From Piedraia hortae CBS 480.64 (lineage: Eukaryota): a stretch of 64,000 nucleotides of DNA. Below the pieces are notes generated by a model, which was not told the DNA's origin, made no database searches, and worked only from the letters and a program-made list of their open reading frames with translations. How positions within the stretch are numbered: position 1 is the first letter of the stretch; the number at the start of each line of letters is the position of its first letter. Positions 11,657 to 25,429 of this stretch are shown in pieces. Location: assembly GCA_010093745.1 (NCBI GenBank), contig MU005966.1, positions 131,628-195,627 on the forward strand. Direction: 5' to 3'. The position numbers were made by a program, and so were the translations under genes.

Positions 11657-12811
11657 ATGAACCCCTTTTACTCTTACCGCAAACAGGGTCCCTCAGTCGT
11701 GGTAGTGCTCGCGTGGATTCGCCGACGAGTACTCGCTCGTCCACCTCTTCATCAACATCTTCCCGCTGAGGTCCTCTTGCACATCGTCAGTTTTCTTGAG
11801 GATGTCCCCGCAACCTTGTTCAACTTCATCCAAAGAATTTGTTAGCGGCAGGCGTTGAATATGTGTGGAGCCGGGTTTCTGACTCCATGTTGATTCCCCT
11901 GCCCAAACACCGCCGACAAGGCTATGCCAATCACGTCCAAGAAATGCATCTAACATCAAATTACGAATGGCGCCAAGCGATGAAAGGTTACTCGCTGCCA
12001 AGGCTCAGAATGCTCGACGTCGGTATCGATTTTGCGGATGACAATCATAAAGTCGACATGAATAAAACAACAGTCGCAGTCAATCTAGACGATATCATGG
12101 AATCTCGAAGAATGACCTCGCTCCGTCTACGAGGGTATACCAGAAACTGGGTCCCGGCGACTGGGATCCACTCATTCAGTTAATCAACCACCTTCATGAG
12201 CTACATACTCTAGCTCTCCCTCGTACATGCCAGGCATGATGTTGCAAACGAAAACAACTCCACTTCTTTTCAGGAACCAGTTAAAGCACCTCGAACTCAA
12301 TCCCCAACAGCACCAGGAGTTTTTCTCTCGCTGCGTGATGCTTGATCAGCCATGCCAATCACATCAACGAAAGAAGATCTGGAGCGGGATGGATGTCCTC
12401 TTCATGGCTCTCAACAAACCAGCACCAGAACTTTTCAGAACCTTGCCAAGCCTGGAGAACTTACAAGTACTACATATCGTCATCACTTACATGGCTGATT
12501 TAGGGCCAACCTTAGACATAGAGGCAATGATCGACATATTGCAGATTAAAAACTTGCGCAAACTCTCCTTGCACAGCCTCGCGCAAAACACAACTCATGT
12601 GAACCTCAATGAATCCGACTGGGAAAACAATTTTTTCTACGCCAGAAAGCCCAAGGCTCTAGTGGTTATCATACAATACGCCGGCATAACATTGCGGAGT
12701 GTGGTAGCATTTTCAAGGGCTTGTCCGCAGCTCGAAGTGACGTGCATTCCGGTGACTATGAATGTTGACGGCTTAGGGAAAACTCAGGAGCTTTTCTTTC
12801 CGAACTTGTGA
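11657..12811 (+). pseudogene. Frameshifted F-box (LRR-like) protein gene
   Basis: F-box motif HLPAEVLLHIVSFLE, then a frameshift into 'VEYVW...RRQGYANHVQEMHL' and LxxLxL-type repeats ('LPRLRML', 'KNLRKLSL', 'ACPQLEV') spread over three ORFs. Confidence 0.6.
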
Positions 12812-13952
12812 ATATGTGATGTCGGGCGCTTGATGCCACTGCACCAACAAACTTCGCTCTCCTTCAAAAAATTTGCAGGATTGTCGAATACCACGCGTCA
12901 AGTTGGTATTTATCTATTACCTCTGAAACCTTGTTGGGCTTACGAGTCAGGCAATGGTCAACTGCCCGTAGCCACATAGGATCGAAAGACTCGGCTACTC
13001 ACCGCAGAGGAGTTCAGATTATGTAAATCAATCTAAGGACCAGGTCGCAATTTATCAGCACCCCCAAAAACCTTCCAGGCACCGCAGTAATTTTTGCGTG
13101 ATATGCTCTCGTGTTTCTAGCTGTCTCCGTACGAGAAGACCGAGATCAGACAACAGCTAAACAAGAACTGTGTGCGGAATCTCAAACTCACCCCGGAGCC
13201 ACCGGAAAGAGGAACAAGAAAGTATCCTTGCCTATTGAAATCGCCTGCAACCACATCATAACGGTTGTACGCAGTGTATAATTTGACTCAGCCTTGGCTA
13301 TCGGACATTCTACGCTGTCCTCTCACCGTGCGTATATTACCTCTTGCCTCTTCCCTTGGACCTCCTCTCCTTGGCGCTTGTCTTAGGTTTTGATATGTCT
13401 GCAGAGGCGGATGTAAAATCGAATTGCGATCTGGAGAGATGACAATGATCAAGGTTGGAGTTCTAAACCTTTCCATTTGTGATAGCCGAAGGCACAGGGC
13501 TTGCGCCGAAGGGATGGCTCCTGATCCATGGGAGAAGAGTAGAGACTCCTCGTCAGTGCTGGCGTTGGCGGAAGCGGCCGGAAGAACTGTGGTCGGGTTG
13601 GGCTGATTAGCTCGTTCTTCGGCAGTAGGTTCCACTGTCGTTCTATTTCTGGTCAACACGGTCAGATTGCTCGGTCGCACTGATTGGACGCTTCTTCTTG
13701 CCTCTAAGCATGATCAGAAGTAGTGGATTGTAGAGTTGACGTGGGACCTGTGTATGCAGGAACACTGACTTCAAATTTTTGAAGCAATTTGAAAGTGCAA
13801 GGTTAGCACCCCTAACACTACACTTCCTGTGGGCAAGGGACCAGTTCACTGTCCAGGCACGTAATACTTCTGTATCTCATTCTTCTTTGTCTATTACAGA
13901 CGAAGTTCTATATCTCTCATAATCTACCAAGCATTACCTTGTCAGTTTTACA

Positions 13953-14771
13953 ATGGAAGGATCCATGCGTACTGGCTGTCCAGCATGTCATGCCGCTGGA
14001 AAATCAGACGGCTTGGCGAACAAGCCAGACCGGTATGGAGACCACATCATCACGCAAAAACGCGAGAAGGTAATGCGTGGCCTGCATATCAAGAATTTCG
14101 CCTTGTGGTCAAGAATCAAGGCTTTTGAGAGGAGAAATGGTCCCGAAGCAGCTGTTGTAAAATCGCTGGCGAAACGAGAAAGGAAGAAAGAAGCGATTTC
14201 CGCTAAGCTGCGAACAGCACAAATGCAAGCGCAACCGAATCAGAGGACCAATGTGTTGCATCATGAAGATGCACCGATGGCATTCGACTACAGTTGTCCA
14301 GATGCAGCCAGTTTAGAGCGCGATGATGATGAAGAGGTCAATCCAGCCGGTGGTGTATTTTTCGCGGCTACCTTTGGTATCGTTCCCCAGCAAAAAGTGC
14401 CAGAGTCCGGCAGTGATGACGATGATGAGGTATCTGTAGATGATCTGGAGGCCGAATTAGATATCGGAGAAGGCGAAGCAGTTGAGGATAAATCCACCTC
14501 TCGCTTCTTTATTCTCCCTCGACCTTACATGGAAACGACGGCAGAAAGTCCACTTTTCCGTTCAAATCGAAAGAAGATGCTCAGTGATTTACATTTTTCC
14601 ACAATCCCAAACTGTAGCGATAGGGCTCTCGTGGATTGGAGTGCGCAGCGGCCCGAACTAGGAGGCCGTAGAGATAGACGGAAATCGACAACAGGGACAG
14701 GACAGATGCAGATGGATAGGAGTCAATACCAGTGTCTATATGACAGTGTAAATGACTATATATCTCTATGA
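13953..14771 (+). CDS. Hypothetical ORF (272 aa) whose C-terminal ~52 codons read into a solo LTR; possibly a disrupted gene
   Basis: ATG-initiated ORF with basic and acidic low-complexity segments and no recognised domain. It crosses the LTR boundary at 14613. Confidence 0.3.
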   Translation: MEGSMRTGCPACHAAGKSDGLANKPDRYGDHIITQKREKVMRGLHIKNFALWSRIKAFERRNGPEAAVVKSLAKRERKKEAISAKLRTAQMQAQPNQRTNVLHHEDAPMAFDYSCPDAASLERDDDEEVNPAGGVFFAATFGIVPQQKVPESGSDDDDEVSVDDLEAELDIGEGEAVEDKSTSRFFILPRPYMETTAESPLFRSNRKKMLSDLHFSTIPNCSDRALVDWSAQRPELGGRRDRRKSTTGTGQMQMDRSQYQCLYDSVNDYISL

Positions 14772-14982
14772 GAGGACGTTCAGAATAAAAATTCTGTACT
14801 GGTGGACTGGTGATGTCACGTCGTACTCTAGCAGGGCGCATTCGCCATATCACATCTGACATGGCCCTGAGAGAAAACCTCTGAGGAAAAAACCTAGGGT
14901 GCATCCGGCAGTGTAAGGGGTATAGCTGACTTGATGGGCAAGTGTCCCGCATACGCGCTAGCGGCGATGCTTGACTCCAATA
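14613..14982 (+). mobile_element. ~370-bp solo LTR, family 1, copy A
   Basis: TGTAGCGATAG...CTTGACTCCAATA, aligning with copies B-D. Flanks CAAAC/GTAAC match only 3/5, so the TSD is eroded. Confidence 0.85.
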
Positions 14983-15539
14983 GTAACTTCGTTGTGCATA
15001 GCTCAGTCGTTGAAGACGCTCTGCAGATGCATATTTATTCTTGCCTTCAAGGTCATCCATCGCGTGTCTCGAACAGGCACGGCCAACTGTGACCAGTCTG
15101 GTAGCAATTGGCAGCCGGATCATCGGCCTTTCATGCCAGTATTGATGAGTAGTATACAATATGAAGATTGATGACGACTAGTCTGGTTGACAGTGGCGGC
15201 CAGCTTGGACCGAGAAGGATACATACAAGTTACTTCTATGATAGCAGCATGGCAGCTGGCCTTGTTGCTGTCATCCACCAGGCTGGCGACCAATGGCGAT
15301 CGGGAAGTTGGTGGTCAATGGCCACCAGAGCTTGGGTACTCCCGCGGGGTCTGGCCACCCAATGGTTTGTCGACCTAAAATGGCAGCCAGTGCGGGGAAG
15401 TTTGATGTGTATAAATCCATATTCGAGGTTTACTTGGATAAATCATGAGGAAGATATACTTGCCATAATCGATTTGTTGCAGTCGATATTCGTCTGAGTG
15501 GGGGTCGAGAGAGATTTGTTATCGAGTGTTGGAAGTCAG

Positions 15540-17000
15540 GCCAATAACAAGAATTCTACTTGTGTAAAGTTTCCAAGAAAGTGGCCAAAGTCTGCTGGTA
15601 TGGAGATACATTCCACGTAGCTATTGTGGACTTGAACATTGGGATTAGAATTTACGAGAAAAACCTTGGGAAACCCCTTCTGCCGAAGATTCAAAATGGC
15701 TGGCCTTGGTGCGGCCAATATCAATCCGTCAATACTGCCCAATGTTTGTCCAAGTCTTTTGAACTACTTTCTCGTGCGTCGCCTAATCAATCGAACAAAG
15801 TAAGCGATCATTGGTAGAGTCTTGACATGCGAAATGCTTATTATTCTCCAGCGGAACCTCAAGGTTGATGGCGTTCGAGGTATATGTAATCCCCCTACGT
15901 CTCTCAGCCTCGCGGGATGATCGGAATCAGAAGTGTCAACTGGGCCAACGGATAGTGCATCTAGTGCCTCTAAAGTCCAGCGTAAGGCAGCTGTGGAATC
16001 TTGGACTCCACCCTTTGCATTCTGGATTCGCCCCAAGGGTGATCAGGCGCGTTATCTACCTCCACCTTCGTTGCAACGTCGTCGCTTAGGAGGTACTTGG
16101 CACGATAGTCCCTTAACGAATCTCCGCCGGCTCATGGCCGCGAGTGTTTCCGCCGGGCTGCGATTGGCGACTGCCAACTCAACAACATCTAGGCGCATAG
16201 TCGCTTAATAACCCAAGGAGATTCTTCAGCCACATCAAGTGCGCCAGCAATGCTGATACATCAGTCAGCTCTTGAAGCTGCGATGGTTTGCAAGAAAGTT
16301 GGTGCAGGTGGGGTTCTTGGCTGACAGATGGTCGTGCTTGCCTTTCCCCGTTACGAGTAATTGCGTTCCCAAATATTTCAATCCAGAATTCTGCAGTGGG
16401 CGCCCAATTCAAAAGCTACTCGGAACATCACCAAGAACACCCAAGATGGAGAAGTCCAGTATCTTCTTGCGCACGACGTCCACAATATATCCAATTGTTT
16501 TGTTCAAATGAAGATCAAGACTGGGCCTAATATATCTCAGCAAAGCAATTATGACCACAACCAACACACATGCATGCTCCAAAGCTGTTGCATGTTTAAG
16601 ATACATCCATTGTTCAAATTTGCGGCAGAAGCGACTCTTGACTTACTCCTAACGTCTCTATTGGGTGCTTGTGGCGTGTTTGTGATAGAAGACCGGGTCT
16701 TGCGGCCGTTATTCCGAATGCTAGATCTAAGGCCGTTCTGGATATTTGGAAATACCGCCTTGTTCTGGACAGTATTCGCAATGGAGGAGGTTGAGCAACT
16801 CTGGGTGCTTTTCATGTTTTAATCGCATCGACTACGTCTAAAGCATCGATGAAAGAAATTCTCGAGGTGAACGATTTGCAGAGCCTAGCTAGCTTACTAC
16901 TCATGCTACTTGGGGGAGCTGACGCCAGGTACCTTGTGGTAAACAAAGACGAACGGGGCCGCTCACCAATACATGAATTGGGCCAACATTGCTTCAACAG
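15540..17000 (-). mobile_element. Possible hAT transposase relic
   Basis: Fragmentary minus-strand motifs in hAT order: BED-like 'PSSMSSKLARLCK', 'GAH/TAEF', 'LAHLMWLKNLLG' (cf. C.AH.LNL), 'SYVECISIP' (cf. SVERVFS). Many frameshifts. Confidence 0.25.
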
Positions 17001-17299
17001 TGATGCTTAATGTCTCAACCAATATGTGTGGGATCTTAAAAGTATTGAGTATGTCCATGCAGGCGAGTGTTCGATGTCGGGGTCGTTCATCTATGCCAGC
17101 TGTCTTGCCGCTGGTATCTCGAGTGCCCCATACATTATGGTTTCACGGAGAGACAGTCAGGCAACCAAGGCCATATAAAACTATGGGATCGGGATGGTCA
17201 TGCGCTCTAGCGACAGCGTTGATTCCCTGTTGTGTATAGTACTAGCACACAGCAGCTTTACGAAGTCAAGAGGTTGTTTCAAAAGTTCCATTGAACGGT

Positions 17300-17810
17300 T
17301 GAACGCCATTTCAAATGCTTGATATACTCATGGCTCGTTCACTATCCTGGCATTCATGGACAAATTCAGATGCTTGGTACTGGTGCATATGATGCAATGG
17401 GCCGCCAGGTGGGGTTCTTGGTCGGCCAATATGTAGTCGTGATTGCCTTTCTCCTTTCAAACACCCACGCCAGACATCCCGCCGTAGGGTTCCAATTATA
17501 ACATAGCTCTGAACATCACAAGACCACACTCAATGGACGACGCCCACGTTTTCCAGTGCGATGCTCCCGTACACACGCCAAGAGTTTTGGTGCCAATGCA
17601 AGCCGAGAATTTAGCACGGTGAGCCAACCGTCGTGCTGTTGACAACTCGAAGCATCCATGCATTATGCGTTCATGGAGAGATATTCAAGCAATTATGGAG
17701 CTATGGAATTATGAGGTCGGGGTGGTTATGCGCTTCAGCGATAGCGTCAATTCCTTCCTCTGTAACGTACTGGTCTGCAAAGGTAGCTTTGCGAAGTCAA
17801 TATCTTGTTT
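17300..17810 (+). mobile_element. Tc1/mariner transposase relic (DDE C-terminal half)
   Basis: 'QMLGTGAYDAMG' (cf. VMVWGA), 'HVFQCDAPVHT' (cf. FQQDNAP.HT) and 'ELWNY...FSDSV....NVLVCKGSFAKS' (cf. W......LIDSMP.R..AVI.AKGG.TKY), in the correct order. Confidence 0.5.
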
Positions 17811-18811
17811 CAATAGGCCCAGTGAAGGGTTTCTATCTCACCTAAGTGTGCGTAATGCTTCTTTTTCCTATCGCTCGCTCGCTACCCTTAATGGCAATCA
17901 ATTCAAATGCTTGACACTGGTATAATTGATGCAATCAACTGTAATATGGTCCTCATTGCACGGCGAGTTTTCTTGTCGGTAAGATTATCCTGTAATCACA
18001 GCTAGCAAATTTTCCGCCGCCGAATTGCGTAATATTATCGTGTGATGCATCTGTAAGTTCTTGCCATCGTTGGCGTACCTAAATGCATGCAATGTACGAT
18101 GATCAATAGCCCTAACCAGAAACAAACTCAGCAGAAGGCTAAACCGCAAGTAGGACAGCCAGCGTGTGAGCCCCAGGACGTGCCCCACCACCCCACCAAA
18201 GGGCTTAGGGTATACATAAGATCTAATCGGCCACATTGCTGCGGACGCTAGTAGAAGTCCTTCATAGTGTTGGAAAATCGAGGTGCAAGAAAATTACCCT
18301 AACAAAGCCCACGTTATGACGTGATTGCCAAGAGGCTGGCGGCGGCGAGCCCAGATGACATAGGCGGCTCGCTTGTGCAGCTCATCCCGCCAAATAACAC
18401 GATAACAAGTACGTATGACAATAGTGCGTAAGGTGAGAGAATGGACTCCATGATAGATTCATCAAATCTTGTCATTACTCCGTATCGCCATTCCCTTCAT
18501 CGATCAGTTGGTGCCTTTTCCAATTTCAAGAAGCTCACTGTACCGATAACTGGCTCGTCTGTCTTGGATATATATTGACTGCTCTATCTAAGTTTGAGTA
18601 TTTCCAAGCATGCCACTAAGCGGCCCGGCCCGATCCTGACCCCACAAACTCCCCCAAACCCCACCTCATCCAAGAAGCCAGCAGCAGAAGCAATTCATCC
18701 TCCTTCAAGGTTCGCAATCCAATCCCAAGAAGCTCAACCAGCTCTTGCAAATCGAAACACTTTCCAACCTAACCATAAGAATCCCCAGCTTCCACATCAA
18801 GCCGCCCCAAA

Positions 18812-19684
18812 ATGACAGACCCCTTCGAAGTCCGCATGCGATTCACCTCCCTCCTCATCCACCTCAACGCGTCGAGCTCCTCAGCAATCAAAGCAGCACA
18901 GTATGCGCTTCGTCACGTCGAGTATGCCGACGATCTCTTCTCCTGCATTCTCGAACAGCTCGAGAACCCCGCAAACTCGGTCAACAACCGAGCAAACATA
19001 ATGTTCTTTTTGCCGCGACTCTGTGAGGCTGCCAGGGATCGCAGGCCGGGCGGCGGTACGCCCGTTAAAGGCGCTACTGCCACAACTGCTGCCGCGAGCG
19101 CAGGTGCAGCTAAAGGCGAGGAATACGTCACCATGGTTGATAGTGAGATTGCGCGGATAGTAGATGCGGTTGCGCCGCCGGCGATTAGCGATACTGGTGG
19201 TGGCAGTGCGAACGTCAGGGTTGTGAGACAGGTTCTCACGCAGTTAGGGGAGAAGGGGCATGTGGACCATGCGAAAGTTGGTGAGTTGTTAGAAGTTATG
19301 AGCAAGAGGGATCTGCAGCATGGTGATGGTGGTAGTCCCGGAGACCGGGCGGTCGAGGCTGAGGGGGAGGCAGCTGGGGATAAAATCGCGGCCGCTGTTG
19401 CGACTGCGCCTGCTACCGTTGTTGACACGTCCGTGCCTGTTAAAAAAGCGTCGGTCCTTGATAGGAGACAGATAGAACAGAGAATTGAGGAGGATAGGGA
19501 AAGACATAAGCGCGCGAGGGAAAGTATCTGGATGATGCCGCAGGCACCGGGGTCGGGGCTCAGAGAGGATGCCGAGTTTGACGTCCTCTGGAAGCATCTC
19601 AAGCCTGCAGATGAGGACGATTACCTTATGGCGAGAGAGGAGAAAGAAATGAGATTGTTGGGGTTGGAGTATGAGGTCGTCTAA
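18812..19684 (+). CDS. CTK3: CTD kinase (CTDK-I) gamma subunit
   Basis: MTDPFEVRMRF...LNAS...KAAQYAL...DLFSCILEQLE...NNRANIMFF N-terminal domain; IEQRIEEDRERHKRARESIW C-terminal domain. Confidence 0.93.
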   Translation: MTDPFEVRMRFTSLLIHLNASSSSAIKAAQYALRHVEYADDLFSCILEQLENPANSVNNRANIMFFLPRLCEAARDRRPGGGTPVKGATATTAAASAGAAKGEEYVTMVDSEIARIVDAVAPPAISDTGGGSANVRVVRQVLTQLGEKGHVDHAKVGELLEVMSKRDLQHGDGGSPGDRAVEAEGEAAGDKIAAAVATAPATVVDTSVPVKKASVLDRRQIEQRIEEDRERHKRARESIWMMPQAPGSGLREDAEFDVLWKHLKPADEDDYLMAREEKEMRLLGLEYEVV

Positions 19685-19719
19685 GGCTTCCAGTGTTGGC
19701 GATCTTTTACCGAGATTCT

Positions 19720-22700
19720 CTACATCAAAGCTCTAGCCTTCTCCCGTCTCATACGGGCTAGAACATCCTCTCCTCCACCATCAACAAGGCTATTCAGTCT
19801 TTGCCTTTTCTCCTCCGACAGGGCGATCCTGCTCAAAACTCCAGCCCATGCCTCTAATTCCAAGGCGTCATCAACATACAGATTCTGCTTCTCCTTGCCG
19901 AATAGCTCATCGGCTTTGCCCTCTTGTCCAACATCTACTTTCTCAAAATGCCTCTCGAAAGCAATTTGAGCCAGTGTCTCCATTTCACCCCATTGCCGTA
20001 AGATGAATTCCAACAGTTCTTTTGCGGCGATACACGGGACCAAGGTACCCACGTCCTCTGAGGAACCCTCTTTCTCCCACCCACACAGCAACGAAGCACC
20101 TCTCGAAGCAGCAATCCTGACCTCCTCATCGTCATCGTTCAGCAAGTCGTATAGTGTCAGAGCCAAGGTCAAAGCATTATCATTTGAGAGATGCTTCCAG
20201 ATGCGCGGAAAATAGGAGAGGCATTCCGCCGCTTCAAGACGGGAGACCTCATCACCGTTTGTAGATGATACTAGCCTTTCGCGCCAATTTTCCAGGTATG
20301 CTTCTGGTAGAGGGCAAGAACGGTGCGCGATAACGAGGGTCTCAAGGGAGAGGGACATTTCGTCTGTCGGGAGAGGCTGAGAGGCAAAGGCATGTGCAAA
20401 TCGCGCGCTGGATATCCGAGCAAGTTGGACCAGCAGCTCTTGAGCAGCCTTCGAGACGGGACCGAGGTAGGGTATAGCTCTTGTGCAGAATGCAATCAGG
20501 TTAGATGAGGCTTGGCAAGCGCTGAGATTGGACTGGAGGTGGGCGAAGAATGCCACAGCCGCATCTGAGTCACGAGATATCAGTGTATCGATTGTCTCTT
20601 TTGCGTTGGGAGGTTCGTTGCCTGAGATAATTTCGGCGGCAAAAACGCGAGCCAAGCCAAGACGGAGGATTGGTGATTTTGTGGTTTGAAGCTCAGCTGA
20701 GATGTTGATTTCGGTTGAACGGATTTGCATCCGAGGGTGTGAGAGCAACTCAAGGAAAGCGGCTTGGGTTATAGGGCAAGGATTCTGGTAAAACAGCGAT
20801 TTGGTTAGATTTCGGATGTGATCGACACCCCCTTCAGTACCAAACTTAACCGCATCTGTATTGCCAGTGTAGGTTTCACAAGTATCATCTTGGCCCTGCA
20901 TCAATGGTCTTTTGCCCTGATCAAGGCTGTATCCCACCGCCTTGAGAGACCCATGGAGAAAATTCTGATCTGCGGTCGATAAGCTTTGCAAAAGTTCCAG
21001 GGTGTAGTGCCCGTGCATGAGCGCATATGTTCTGGCAGCCAAATCCCGGACATGCCAGGATGGGTGGCCGAGAAGTTTGTTTACGACACGGCGTCCGGTT
21101 ACTTCCCGACCATGACTCATGTGTCGGAGAAGTTGCAGGGCTGGAAACACGGCCTCACCCTGCGCTGACAGGAGATCGTCGATAATGTTGGGCAGTTGTG
21201 GGTATCGTTCGGGAGAGAGCCGCTTAGCGTCCTCATCATCCGATGTTCCCGTCAACCTATCGAGTACAGCCCGGAAGAGCATCAGACCGCAATTCCGCAG
21301 AGCCCACGAGTCAGACCGCAAGGCATCGGCGGCTAAGCGCATTGCCTCGCCCACGTAGGCAGCAGAATGTTCCCCTAGCCGGCCCACTTTGAGCATCTCC
21401 TTGATACAATTCATGGCGTGAACTTGGGGCATGCTGCTTCCCTGCTGTGCATCGACCGGGGCCCTGGCAATGGCCTCCAGATCCTGGTAAGCACCATCCA
21501 GGAGCTTTCCAGATCTGTCTGCAACGAGTATGCCGCAAAGCAGTGACGGAAGCCCTGCTGAACGCCTCGTATTTATTGTGGACCGGCTGCGGAGTACAGC
21601 CAAAACCTGCAGGTATCTCCGATGCAACTCCCTGTCGTGCATGCAGCATGCAACCCACGTTTGCGCCACAGTTGAAAACGCACCACGGTGTCTCAATTCG
21701 GTCAATTGAGTGAAGCACAAATCGCGCAGAAAGTTCGTACCGACTCCAAAGTTCATCAGCGTCTCGAGCAACAAGCTTCCTTCCTTCAGAGCCCGCCAGC
21801 AGAAACTGAGCGTCTCTTTGGTGGCTCCCTCTGGAAGGTATCCTTCAGGCGCATCGTGGCATAGTACCGGTCGTACCGCTTCCCACAAATGACCCAAACA
21901 AACCTCGAGACGTTGCACGACATGTTCTGGGAGTTTGTCGAGCACATAGCGAATGGCTGTTAGTACGCCATGAACGGGATGAGTCTGTGTCATGCTGACT
22001 GTCCCCTCGAGCTCGTCTAGAAGCTTCGGCAATGCTTCTTCTTTGCTCAGACGATAAAGGTACGCAACACCATCTGCCCGGTCGGCGCGACCTGATGGAT
22101 CGGATCTCAGCTCTTTGCGCAATATTAGGCCGGTCTGGAGATCCACAATGTCGCGATATACTTCAAGTAGACTAGCAGCCACCTGCCTCACATCTTCAAA
22201 GGGGTCGAACAAGACCTCGAGCAGTGAAGAGTCTTCCACGATAGGCAGAGTAAAAGGCCAGCGAGCTCCTATAAGTGCTGTCTTGGAAAGATGCTTCTGC
22301 GAAACCCGACTGTCAAGCCCAGACCTTACAAGGATGGAGAGACACTTGAGACTGCAGATATGACGCTGATAGTTTGCCGTTGGCCGTAACTCCCAAAAGA
22401 GAAAAGAGATCAACCAACCCAAAAAGCTACGATGCTGCTCAAGTAGTGGGTCTTTTGTTCGAGCCAATACAGCTGTAGTAGCCCTCATGCGATCGACAAG
22501 CCGCTGCACCAAGCTAAAGATCTCACCTCGAAAATTGGAATCGGTATCAGCCAGTGAAGCCGGAAGTGTGCGCTTGATTAGGCTTAGTTGGCCTGGCCTC
22601 CAGGAGCGGGTCATAGAGGGCGATATGATGAGTAGAGAAAAGCCAGTCAAGCGTGAGATGCGATCATTCTGCACCAGCAGCTGCTGCTCTATCCATTGAA

Positions 22701-23659
22701 GTGGCAGCCTTAGTACTCCTTCTTGTACGTTTATCGACCCATCAGCGGTCTCGCAGAGTAGCCCAGCATCATTACCCGCTTGTAATGACGCGCAGAGTAA
22801 CTCACGGTGGTCTTTGCGGGAGTGTAAATGGCGTATGAAGCGGAAATAGTCTTCGCCGTTACGTCTGAACAATGCTGGCAACAAGTGAGCACGTAAGCCC
22901 AATACGTCTGTGATTCCCTCTTCAGCTGCCTTCTGCAGCGGCGCAGCCCATAACGGCAAGTTAGCTTCTACAGGCTCATTTGACCGCTTGAGAATTGCTA
23001 GAACAAGCTGAGTCATGGCAGAGGCAAAGTCATATCGCACAGTCCAGTTGAAGAGTATCAAGAGGAGCCTTTCAGTGCTCCGAACATGGGCGAGGATGTC
23101 ATCCAAGGTGATAAGATCCTTGGTAAGAAAGTGAGACAGAAATATAACAGAGGTCTTTGCCAACCCAGGATCATCTTGCAGTAATTGCTGCACAAGGGTA
23201 GAAGCGATATCTGGGGGCGCAAACTTGCGGGCTGACGATAGAGAGCCAAGAACCTGTCTTGTAGACTTTGGGCGAGTCAGATGGCCTTGAATTATTACCA
23301 AATTGAAGGCACGAGCCCAGGAGTCTTCCAACAGCTTAGAGGTTTTCACATTGTCGGTCTTGGCGCAGCGATCGATTAGCGCACACAACGCATTCCACGC
23401 CGCAACCTTGTAGGTAACACCTTGGTGAACAACAGCCGCATTGAAAACATCTTCTATCGTTACCTCCAAGCGCCTACAATTAATTATTAGCCCATTTCAG
23501 GCCATCGAGGAGAGCGACCGACCGGTGCTCTTACTTTAAATCATCATCCGATAGATCGTCAGGCACCAGCTCCTTGGCACGTCTGGAAATGCGTCTGAGC
23601 GCATCTTCCTCTGGAAGATTCTGCATTTTCTGGCCGTTCTCTGTCGCATCGCGCGCCAT
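19720..23659 (-). CDS. TRM732: THADA/Trm732-like ARM-repeat protein (DUF2428); exons 23659-23535 and 23473-19720
   Basis: CHDAPEG, SFCWRALKEGS, LRHRGAFSTV, TRRSAGLP, QVHAMN and WALRNCGLMLF motifs. GTAAG...CTAAT...TAG intron at 23534-23474. Alternative ATG at 23626. Confidence 0.88.
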
Positions 23660-23796
23660 GTCTCTTATGCCCGCAGCCAAGAGGTGTCGTCGGTAGTTCC
23701 CGTTTCGGCTTAGCGCGGCCCAGAGGTCGGCTAATCTTCGAGCGTCAGAAAACCTGCGCCAGTTCAACCATCAGTTCAGCACAAAAGTTCGTCTGT

Positions 23797-24475
23797 ATGG
23801 GCATGTTTGATCTCTTCAAGCAGTCTCCGGGAAATAGCGCCTCGAGTCCCGACGGCGACCTATCCCTTCCTGGCGACAACAATGTCTCGTCCTTCATTAA
23901 CGAAGCCAAGCATCTGGACCCGGCGTCGCTGCACCCGCTGGCCGGCCTGGACCAAGACTCTCTGGACTACATCACTCTCGAAGACTCTGCTCTGTCTGAT
24001 CTTCCCGGCGGGCAGTCCCTGCTTCCGTCGCGGGGCTGGTCCGACGATCTCTGCTACAGCACGGGCATCGCGTACCTGACAGCGCTCAGTGCCGGAGGCG
24101 CATGGGGTCTTGCAGAGGGTCTCAACAGGCTACCGCCCACGGCACCGCCAAAGCTAAGACTTAATTCTGCGCTCAACGCCATCACGCGGAGAGGCCCCTT
24201 TCTTGGAAACAGTGCGGGCGTCGTGGCCATGATGTACAGCGGCATTAATAGCATGGTTGGGTACTACAGGGGAAAGCACGATTCGTACAACAGCGTCATG
24301 GCTGGTGCGCTGAGCGGCGCGCTGTTCAAGTGCACGCGCGGACCCAGGCAGATGGTCATCTCCAGTGCTATAGTCGCATCTATTACGGGCTCCTGGGCGG
24401 TAAGTTTCCTTTCCCTGCCTAACAGTCCATACTGACCTGGAGCAGATGGTCAAGAAGTTCATATTCGATAGATAA
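23797..24475 (+). CDS. TIM23: Mitochondrial inner-membrane translocase subunit Tim23; exons 23797-24399 and 24446-24475
   Basis: LHPLAGL, LPSRGWSDDLCY.TG..YL, LRLNSALNAITRRGPFLGNSAG and RGKHD..NS..AGALSGALFK. GTAAGT...CTGAC...CAG intron at 24400-24445. Confidence 0.96.
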
Positions 24476-25429
24476 TGTCCCTTGATGAGCGGTCTACTTT
24501 GCGCTCTTTTTAATACCCGTACCACTATTAGATCTGTAACAAATCCACTCTAATTACTACATGGCAGTCTAACGACAGACTCTACTCGGGCAATCTCTTC
24601 ACGTCTTATCGACTTCTCATAGAGAGCCCAGCTACGGACACGTTGGAACAACACTCACACCCCACGTTTTGTCATGACCGCTTGCGCTCCGCATCAAGTT
24701 GCTAAAGTCCAACAGCAGGCAGCTAATCTACTTGGCGAGCATCGACTGAACCTTCCTTCAGCAGCTGGTATGCAATCCTTCCTGGGAAGTGAGATTGCCT
24801 CATGTTCTCAAAGTTATGATCTGGGTATACTGTCGTTCCTTCAGTTGAAAACAAGGCTCGTGGCTCGAAAGAAGGTTTTGATATAACTAAGTGATGGTCA
24901 ATTTACATGACGGCGCGGAAAACCCAAGTGGCATCACAGCAAAGATACAATGGAGGGACCAAAGTCTTGCACCTTTCTGTTCCTTCACCTACAGCGCATT
25001 TCGCGGGGTGGCATGTCCTTGAAATCGCTGTATTTAGAAAGCACACGCCTCTTGTGGGTATGACCAAGGTTTCCATCTTGGCGCGCGAATTTCTCGCCTC
25101 TGCCGTCATACATCGACCACCTGAGGGCTGCTTTTCCAACAAGGCAAAGTCGCCCTAATCGTTTCTCGTGCAGATATGCAGGTGTGTTACTTTAAAGTTA
25201 TATTGATTAGCTCCTGATTGGTCGACTCCGTGCGTAACATGATGCAGCCTGATTTGGCCTGATTTTGCGAAAACGTTATGTTGGCAATCAGTTTAATTCA
25301 TTTTGTTCAGCCGTATTGTCACTGCGTGACATCCATAGTCGTTCTTGAAATCTAATGTTACACAGGTTTCAAGCTGTGGCTGTGCTTCACAGCTGAAATT
25401 TCCAGAAATGATTGTTGCTGTTATGGCTA

